Positions 57,452-64,000 of a stretch of 64,000 nucleotides of DNA are shown here, piece by piece. Origin of the DNA: Paenarthrobacter sp. Lineage in GTDB: Bacteria > Actinomycetota > Actinomycetes > Actinomycetales > Micrococcaceae. Positions within the stretch are counted from its first letter, which is position 1, and each line of letters begins with the position of its first letter. The DNA is taken from assembly GCA_031179305.1 (NCBI GenBank), contig JAPSHX010000006.1, forward strand, positions 36,914 to 100,913, read 5' to 3'. The position numbers and the translations under genes were made by a program. The notes below the pieces were generated by a model. It worked only from the letters and a program-made list of their open reading frames with translations, was not told the DNA's origin and searched no databases.

Positions 57452-58106
57452 TCAGAAGTCCTCCACTACCAAGCGCTGGCTGCGTCTAACCGGGTACGCC
57501 TCAAGCGTGGGTTCCGCCAGGATGGCACCGACCGCACTCAATGAGCCAGCGACGAACACGGACCTAGCGTAGATATCGTTTCCTACGAACCAAGCGGCAT
57601 CATCCGGCAACCAATTCATGGCGAGCCGGTTGGGTGGTGAGTCGACGGGCTGGAGAGCCAGGTCGAGGTCGCCGTGGCGCACACGCATGACACGATCGAG
57701 GCTGGCGGTCACAGAAGGTGCTCCGCGCACTTCAGGCAGAAGTTCGCTGTATCCCTCCCCAGATGAGGAACGAACAATTCCGGGACGTCGTGTGCTTCGA
57801 AAGCACTTGGAAGAGCATGCTGGCCACTGTTTCGTCGATGCTTCCCATATCTGGCTCATAAATCGCATCCACGCCAACGCAAGGAAATGACGATGTCGCT
57901 CCATTGGGTTTCGGAATCAATCGACATTGATTCGCCAGCCATCCGGGACCATCGCAGCTTGCGGCCCTCGGCAGCCGACGCCGGGTTCAGCACGCGGACC
58001 AGGCCAGGAAAGCCTTGAGGGATCAGGCCATCCAGCGATCCCACCGGATGCCCAACTGTCCAGCGAGGTACCAATCGATGGCTTGGCTGGTGCTCGTATC
58101 GGTCAC
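57452..58106 (-). pseudogene. frameshifted hypothetical protein
   Basis: Coherent protein segments split over successive frames: IPQGFPGLVRVLNPA...TQW / LSKHTT...FLIW / EGY...WLPDDAAWF...LEAYPV. Confidence 0.6.
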
Positions 58107-58608
58107 AGACCCATTCTTCCAGCCGGGCCGTGTCTCACGGTGTTCCTTCGCTACGGTACTTGGAGGCGGCCGCCGGCGTTCGCGGCGTCCCAGGGCTGCT
58201 TCGGATTCACAATGGGTGGACACGATGCCGCGAGCCCTTGTTGCCCTAACGGGCATAGGGATTGAAGAAAGACAAAAGTAAGAGCAGTTGAGAAAGCTAA
58301 AGAGTGGTCCATTTTGGCCGATGTCGCTGGATCGCTTTCCGCACCACGGTTACGATTCCCGCCTCATTGAGGAGGCAGAACCCAGGCGCTTTTTTGAACC
58401 GGGGATCGCAGGCATGCCGAAGAGCAGGTCCTGGCGTCCACGGCAGCCAGTGCTCCCGAGCCTCGTCGAAGATTCAATCAAGTACCCATCAAGTGAGTTG
58501 CTCCACGGAAGATGCCGTCATCCCGCCTCGGAAAACTGCTTCCCCGCCGTCGTTGCGTGATTCCGTCAAGTTCCCATCAAGTAAAACTGATGGCACCTTC
58601 GCCTAGCG

Positions 58609-60102
58609 CTAAGTGTTGATCGCTGTCGGCTCGGAAGCAGCCCAGCCCGGCACGTATCGCCGCATTTTTGGTGCGGCTTCGGGGTCGAACGGGGCGATGA
58701 CTCCTGCCGCAACAGCCTCTCGGATCAAGCGCGAAGCTTGGGCGCTGTTTCGAGGTTCGATCCCGAAGCGCTCGCGGACTGAGGTATTAGTAGTGTGCTG
58801 CCGTGTAACGTGCCGCAAGCATGCATGAAGATAAACGGCTCGAACTCGATCTTCCTTATCCATTTTGGTTAGTGGTCGATATGCGAAAAGCACGACGCGA
58901 GTGTGGTTTTCTGTAACTTCTACCAGTGGTGCTGGCAGCTGGTGGTATTCGGTTTGAAAAACAATCTTGTCCCAGCCGCTTCCGCGTTCCTCGCAGATCC
59001 CCGCCCTCCGCATGACCGAAGCGAGGGCTTCGTTCCGAGATTGAGGTGGTGTGTCGACAAACCTCGCGGGATCCATTAGAGGCACACCCGGGCTTGTAAA
59101 TTCGATACGGTCCTCAAATATTTCAAACATCGGTCCGGATCCCCCGACGGTGAAATCCTGATGGATAAGTGCATTGGCAAGGATCTCGCGAATTGCGAGT
59201 GGCGGAAACATGGGAACATCTTTCCTCAGGGCGCGTTCCACAACCTCATTAGCTGGCAGCAATGCCTCGATGTAGCCGACGAGGCCATCAAATCCATTCG
59301 CATAGCCTCTGGTACCTACTTGTTCCTTGAGGGTTTCGATTCGGCCGGCTCCGCGGTATTGAATAACCCGGGCAGCCTTCCTGGACAGATTTTGGAACTC
59401 GGATAGCCGCTTTGCAAACAGGAGTGCGCCAAGGTTGGTGATGTTCCACCCTCCAGAACCTGAGAGCTCAACGAAACGTTCGGATGCGAGGGCGTTGAGA
59501 ATTTCGTTAGGAGTCCCGGGAAGTGGCTGTTCCATCAAGTCAAAGTATGCAGGATAGTCCAGTAGCCTCAGAACATCATCTGCTCGGACATTCTCGAGAG
59601 AAATTAGTCGCTCAAAGGGGGTCCGATCAAAAAGACGCCATAGCTCTCGTTCCTTCTGGGGGAATTCTTTGAGCTTCTTTTTGTAACTACCGATCCTGAT
59701 ATATTCAGTTTCTTGGAACCGTACGGGATGCCCATATGCGCGTTCGATGCGAAGTACTACGACATCCTTATCCTGAACCCTGACCTCGAAAAACTCGAAA
59801 TTGATCTTGGGAGACACCACTCGCAACAGCCAGTTCTCGAGTTCCTCGTTGCCGATTTTCTTCTGCCGTGGCTTGAAGATGGTCCCGACGATGGCATGAT
59901 CGGTGTCTCTGACACCCCAGATCATGTATCCGTATACTTGGCCCGCCATGGCAGCCGAGTTGGAGAGAGCAGAGATATACTCTCCGATCACTGCTGGATC
60001 AGCAATATTTTCCTTGAATTCAACCCATTCAGTCTCGTTGGGTAACGAGGCGAGTTCCACAACGAGATCTGGGAGACTGTTCTCGGGGACGGACAAGCTC
60101 AT
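58609..60102 (-). CDS. Schlafen/AlbA_2 + HATPase_c_4 + wHTH protein
   Basis: ETEWVEFKEN...ISALSN...GYMIWGV.D (AlbA_2); REILANALIHQDF, DRIEFTSPG, SRNEALA, CEERGSG; YVPGWA tail. Confidence 0.85.
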   Translation of the reverse strand: MSLSVPENSLPDLVVELASLPNETEWVEFKENIADPAVIGEYISALSNSAAMAGQVYGYMIWGVRDTDHAIVGTIFKPRQKKIGNEELENWLLRVVSPKINFEFFEVRVQDKDVVVLRIERAYGHPVRFQETEYIRIGSYKKKLKEFPQKERELWRLFDRTPFERLISLENVRADDVLRLLDYPAYFDLMEQPLPGTPNEILNALASERFVELSGSGGWNITNLGALLFAKRLSEFQNLSRKAARVIQYRGAGRIETLKEQVGTRGYANGFDGLVGYIEALLPANEVVERALRKDVPMFPPLAIREILANALIHQDFTVGGSGPMFEIFEDRIEFTSPGVPLMDPARFVDTPPQSRNEALASVMRRAGICEERGSGWDKIVFQTEYHQLPAPLVEVTENHTRVVLFAYRPLTKMDKEDRVRAVYLHACLRHVTRQHTTNTSVRERFGIEPRNSAQASRLIREAVAAGVIAPFDPEAAPKMRRYVPGWAASEPTAINT

Positions 60103-60340
60103 TTGAGATCCTCGTGCGGCCAACCAGAACCGACGCTCCAACGATTGCCCATCGAGTAGACCTCCCACCGAGTTTGTCCCAGCAGCATTTGCGCATGGGA
60201 ATAAGTAGCCCTCGTTAGTTTGCCACGTTGCAGAGCATCTCAGCCGAAACTTGTGCTTTATCCACAAGTGAAAAGGTGGCTGCCTGTTTCGGACACCCTG
60301 AGACGTCTGTGACCACTGACCTCGGACAATGGGAGGCTTG

Positions 60341-60404
60341 GACGCGCTGTTGAAGGCTGCGTGTCGGGGTGGTTCCAGATCCAAAGTGGGTGGTGACGGC
60401 ACAC
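60341..60404 (+). repeat. 64-bp imperfect direct repeat, right copy
   Basis: Partner of 57381-57444 at an offset of 2960 bp. Confidence 0.8.
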
Positions 60405-60475
60405 AGCCAGGAAGCCAGCCACCCATAAAAGCTCGACGGCGGGACTCAAGGTGAGTGCCGCCGTCGCGTGCTTCA

Positions 60476-60524
60476 GGGATGTGAGAGAGCGTCCGCGTGA
60501 AGCTGTAGGGATGTGAGAGAGCGT
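60476..60524. repeat. tandem copies of AGGGATGTGAGAGAGCGT
   Basis: Two 18-nt direct copies; same family as the arms of the 27304-27405 element. Confidence 0.7.
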
Positions 60525-60928
60525 TAGGCAGTGACCGCCAGGGCATCGATCTCCACAAGCATGACCTCGTGCGGCAAGTCCACGAACACGGTGGTGCGGC
60601 TCGGCAGCAGACCGCTGGGCACGTTCTCGCGGATGAACTCGCCGTAAACCTCATTCATGGCGGCGAAGTCATCGCGGGTGGTCAGGTAGACGCGGAACAT
60701 GAGGACGTCTTCGACGGAGGATCCACCGGCTTCGAGGATGGCCTTGACGTTCTCCAGGGTGCGACGCGTCTGGACTCGGACATCGCCCTCACCGATGTAC
60801 TGGTTGGTGGCGGGGTCCATGGGGCCCTGGCCGGAGACCTGGAACATGCCGCCCTTCTTGATGCCCTGCGAGAATACGTGCGCAGGGGCGGGTGCGTTTT
60901 CGGTCAGTACTACGGTCTTTTCACTCAT
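60524..60928 (-). CDS. RidA/YjgF family protein
   Basis: FSQG, VSGQGP, FAAMNEVY, PSRTTV, VEIDA. Confidence 0.92.
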   Translation of the reverse strand: MSEKTVVLTENAPAPAHVFSQGIKKGGMFQVSGQGPMDPATNQYIGEGDVRVQTRRTLENVKAILEAGGSSVEDVLMFRVYLTTRDDFAAMNEVYGEFIRENVPSGLLPSRTTVFVDLPHEVMLVEIDALAVTA

Positions 60929-61686
60929 GCTGAGTTCCTTTCGTGGCTGATCCAGCCGAGGTCGTTGGAGATGGCCTCGGTGCTGGCTTTGAGGTCGGGC
61001 AGCAGCTCAAGCAAGCCTTCATAGCTGAGCATCACTACCGGTACCGAACAAGAGGCTGCGGCAACAACGGCGCCGCTGGCGTCGCGGATGGGGGCCGCGA
61101 TGCAATGCACGAAGGCTTCGTGCTCAGCGTTGTCGTGGGCCCAGCCCTGTTCCTTGACCTGCTCGAGTTCGGCCAGCAAGGCCTCCGGCGAGGTCAGGGT
61201 GTTCTCGGTAACTTTCACGTAGTCCAGCCCCGCGGCGATTTTTTCCTGCCGGCTGCGCGGCATGTCGGAGAGGAGGACTTTGGACACAGCGGCCGAGTGC
61301 AGCGATGCAGTCAGGCCGATGCGCGAGTACATGCGGACGGGGTGGTGCGACTCGAACTTGTCGATGTACACCACCTCATTCCCTTCAAATGCGGCAAGGT
61401 GCACAGTGTGCCCGGTTCGGCCGTTGAATTCGGCCAGGTGCGGGTGCGCCACCTTGCGGATGTCCCGCTGTTCCAAAGCCAGCGATGACAGTTCAAAAAG
61501 CTTGGAGCCGAGCATGAAGCGCTGGTCTTCGTCCCGAACTACGAAGCGCTTTTCTTCCATGGCGTGCAGGAGCCGCATCACGGTGGTCTTGTGCACGGCG
61601 GCCTTGGACGCGAGCTCGTCCAGGGTTGCTGGCTTTGCGGCGAGCTCGCCGAGCAGGTCGATGGCTCGCATGAGGCTCTGGCTCAC
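60925..61686 (-). CDS. IclR family regulator
   Basis: GTG start (MSQSLMRAIDLL); HKTTVMRLL; SAAVSKVLL; CIAAPI. Confidence 0.9.
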   Translation of the reverse strand: MSQSLMRAIDLLGELAAKPATLDELASKAAVHKTTVMRLLHAMEEKRFVVRDEDQRFMLGSKLFELSSLALEQRDIRKVAHPHLAEFNGRTGHTVHLAAFEGNEVVYIDKFESHHPVRMYSRIGLTASLHSAAVSKVLLSDMPRSRQEKIAAGLDYVKVTENTLTSPEALLAELEQVKEQGWAHDNAEHEAFVHCIAAPIRDASGAVVAAASCSVPVVMLSYEGLLELLPDLKASTEAISNDLGWISHERNSA

Positions 61687-61690
61687 GATG

Positions 61691-62698
61691 TCACGCTCCG
61701 GTTCTGGTGTTGAATTGTCCGTCTTCAACATGGATAGCAGCCCACGCGTCATCCGAAGAATCGAGAATGGCCGCCAGCTCGGCGGCGTTGGGCAGCGGAC
61801 CCCGATCGCCGTGCACGGTCAGGGTGCACGCAGCTGCAACATGCCCGCGGCGGAGGCTCTCCTTCTGGCCCAGACCGAACAGCATGCCGCTGAGGTAACC
61901 GGCGGCGAACGAGTCACCCGCGCCAACAGGCTCGACGACGGCGACAGACAGTGCGGGCACCTCTTCCCGGGTGCCGGTCCGGTCCAAAGAGATGGCGCTG
62001 ATCGCCTCGTTCTTGATAACCAGCACCTTCGGGTCCGGCATCATGCGGCGAAGTTCTACTTCGTCGGTGGTGCCGAAGGCGTGTTCGGCTTCGTCTTTTC
62101 CAACGAGGACCACATCGGAGAGGTTCGCCAGCCGCTGCAGGACGGACCTGTCCTGGCCTGCCCAGAGAGCTTCACGCCAGTTGACGTCGAAGCTGATGAT
62201 CCGGCCATTGCGAGGTGCGGTGAGGATTGCTTCCAACAGTGAAAGACACTCGGGGGAGAGGGCAGCGGTGATTCCACTCAGGTGGATGAGTGCAGCGTTC
62301 TCAAGCAAGGAGGAAACTGCGGGATTGGAAAGCGTGTCCCGTCCCATGGCTGACGCCGCGGATCCTTGCCGGTAGTACAACACCGAACTGCCGCCGTCGG
62401 GGTCCGAATCCTGGGCCGGGACCTTGACGTACAGGCCCGTAGGCAAGGATGCGTCCACTTCCACGCCGGTGATTCCCACGCCGTGATCCCGAAGCTCGTG
62501 CAGGATCCGGGTGCCGAAGCCGTCGTGGCCTACCCGGCTGACCCAGTGTGTGTCCAGGCCCATGGCTGCCAAGCCCATGGCGACGTTGGATTCCGCGCCG
62601 CCGATCCCGAAGTGGAGTTCCGTTGCCAGGTGCAGGGGGACGGCGTGGACAGGGGTAAGCATGGCCATGGTTTCGCCCACGCATACAGCTGAAAGCAT
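61691..62698 (-). CDS. PfkB family sugar kinase (KdgK-like)
   Basis: GETMA, GGAESNVA, HLSGIT, FDVNWR, VGAGDSFAAG. Confidence 0.9.
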   Translation of the reverse strand: MLSAVCVGETMAMLTPVHAVPLHLATELHFGIGGAESNVAMGLAAMGLDTHWVSRVGHDGFGTRILHELRDHGVGITGVEVDASLPTGLYVKVPAQDSDPDGGSSVLYYRQGSAASAMGRDTLSNPAVSSLLENAALIHLSGITAALSPECLSLLEAILTAPRNGRIISFDVNWREALWAGQDRSVLQRLANLSDVVLVGKDEAEHAFGTTDEVELRRMMPDPKVLVIKNEAISAISLDRTGTREEVPALSVAVVEPVGAGDSFAAGYLSGMLFGLGQKESLRRGHVAAACTLTVHGDRGPLPNAAELAAILDSSDDAWAAIHVEDGQFNTRTGA

Positions 62699-62776
62699 CG
62701 TTCTCCCACTAGTTCGTGCGCTTCTCAGCGGCCTTGACTCTCGATCCGCCACCATGTTAGACATATCACCAGCAGG

Positions 62777-62807
62777 TTTGCAACCAGCGTTGCAAAATAC
62801 GCAACGC
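62777..62807. promoter_or_regulatory. overlapping inverted repeats, candidate IclR operator
   Basis: TTTGCAAC-N4-GTTGCAAA and GCGTTGC-N7-GCAACGC in a divergent promoter region. Confidence 0.55.
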
Positions 62808-62874
62808 ACCAGAATCACCCAGCAACCCCACAACGCAGCTTCAAGAACGCAGCACAGCGAAGGGAACGAAACGC

Positions 62875-64000
62875 GTGAACACTTCCGAAGCCATCTCGGC
62901 ATCCGCCGTGGCAGGCCTGGCTGACCGCCGTCTCGACTGGCGCCATAAAGCTGTGCCCGCATCCGCAAATGGCACCACACACGCGGACTTCCTCGCCGCC
63001 AAGCACACGCTCGCTGACCTCCAGACGCCGCTGCTCACCCTCGACGCCCGCGCCCTCCGTGCCAATGCCGACCGGCTGGCCGACTGGTGCAGGGAACGCG
63101 GCGTCCTGCTCGCCCCGCACGGCAAGACCACCATGTCCCCGCAGCTCTGGACCGACCAGCTCAACCGCGGCGCCTGGGGCATTACCCTGGCCAATTTCGC
63201 ACAGCTCCGCGTGGCTCGTGAGTTCGGAGTAAGGAACCTGCAGCTCGCCAACAGCCTCACGGATCCGCACGCCATTCAGTGGGTTGCCCGCGTTGCTACG
63301 CCGGACGCGCCCATCCTTTCCTGGATGGACTCCCTGGGGACCGTTGAAGTCATCAACCGAACACTCGCCGGTAGTGAGGCTGTGCTGGATGTCCTGGTGG
63401 AGCTCGGCGCGCACGGCGGCCGGACCGGTGCCCGCTCTGTGGAGGCTGCCATGGAGATTGCCCGCGCTATCTCCGAGTCACCAAACCTGCGTTTGGTGGG
63501 CGTCAGCGGCTATGAAGGCTCACTCGCGCACACAGCGGACGACGCCGGATTGGCCGCCGTTCGCGGCTATCTAGCCAAGATGCGGCTGCTTCACGAGGAA
63601 CTGCTCGCCGCAGACCTGTACGGTTCCAGCAAAGTGATCATTACCGCCGGTGGCAGCGCCTACTTTGACGACGTCGTGACCGTCCTCGCACCTACCATCA
63701 GCACCGGTGCCGAACTTGGGGGACCTGCCGTGGACCTCATGATCCGCAGCGGCGCCTACATCATCCACGACGACGGTTTCTACCGCGGAATCTCACCGTT
63801 TTCCCGCGAGGGTGATCAGCCCTTCAAAGCCGGCCTGTACGGCTGGGCGCGGGTTGTTTCGCAGACTGAACCCGGCCTCGCCATCCTTGACGCCGGGAAA
63901 CGCGACCTCCCGTTCGACGAAGGCCTGCCCGAACCGCAGTTCATCGGACCTGTCCTGGGTGGGGCAATGGAGCCACTGCTTGACGCCAAGATCACCTCGG
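62875..64000 (+). CDS. PLP fold-III D-amino acid deaminase/aldolase (DSD1/alanine racemase-like), truncated by window end
   Basis: Manual translation from GTG 62875: TPLLTLD, LAPHGKTTMSPQLW, GRTG, GYEG, AGGS, RSGAY..HD, DAGKRD; absent from the ORF track because there is no stop in the window. Confidence 0.85.
   Translation, partial: MNTSEAISASAVAGLADRRLDWRHKAVPASANGTTHADFLAAKHTLADLQTPLLTLDARALRANADRLADWCRERGVLLAPHGKTTMSPQLWTDQLNRGAWGITLANFAQLRVAREFGVRNLQLANSLTDPHAIQWVARVATPDAPILSWMDSLGTVEVINRTLAGSEAVLDVLVELGAHGGRTGARSVEAAMEIARAISESPNLRLVGVSGYEGSLAHTADDAGLAAVRGYLAKMRLLHEELLAADLYGSSKVIITAGGSAYFDDVVTVLAPTISTGAELGGPAVDLMIRSGAYIIHDDGFYRGISPFSREGDQPFKAGLYGWARVVSQTEPGLAILDAGKRDLPFDEGLPEPQFIGPVLGGAMEPLLDAKITS

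Noticed and set aside
58110-58606. Short ORFs 58288-58560 and 58304-58606
   Set aside because: No SD, motifs or convincing composition; probably non-coding or decayed DNA.
60476-60524. CRISPR array
   Set aside because: Only two 18-nt copies with a 13-nt gap, and no cas genes.
60103-60654. N-terminal 184-aa extension of the 681-aa ORF
   Set aside because: It overlaps ridA and runs through repeats. The recognisable domain begins at ATG 60102.

Overview
High-GC actinobacterial chromosome segment; gene content and order fit Micrococcaceae (Arthrobacter/Paenarthrobacter-like). The core scaffold is rpsF-ssb-rpsR-rplI, then dnaB preceded by a dense DnaA-box cluster. Accessory loci follow: a CoA-transferase/HMG-CoA-lyase pair, a GntR-controlled sugar/polyol catabolic locus with split transketolase, an orphan sortase-type pilin, an orphan WXG100 protein, csoR-copZ-copA, namZ-nagZ-murR, an ECF sigma pair, treS, a repeat-flanked cassette carrying a Schlafen/AlbA_2-HATPase gene, and a sugar-acid/D-amino-acid locus cut by the window end. 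The main discovery is at 45.0-49.4 kb: a microcin C-like (peptidyl-nucleotide) RiPP cluster. It has an unannotated 19-aa Asn-terminated precursor (MLKLKRLAKRRSKLNFVFN, 48661-48720, minus strand), a MccB-like ThiF enzyme and an MFS exporter. In place of the known tailoring and immunity genes it carries a membrane-anchored protein plus an HTTM-like membrane protein, with a divergent GNAT next door. No rRNA, tRNA, CRISPR array or transposase was recognised. Family calls are from motif recognition by eye, not database searches.
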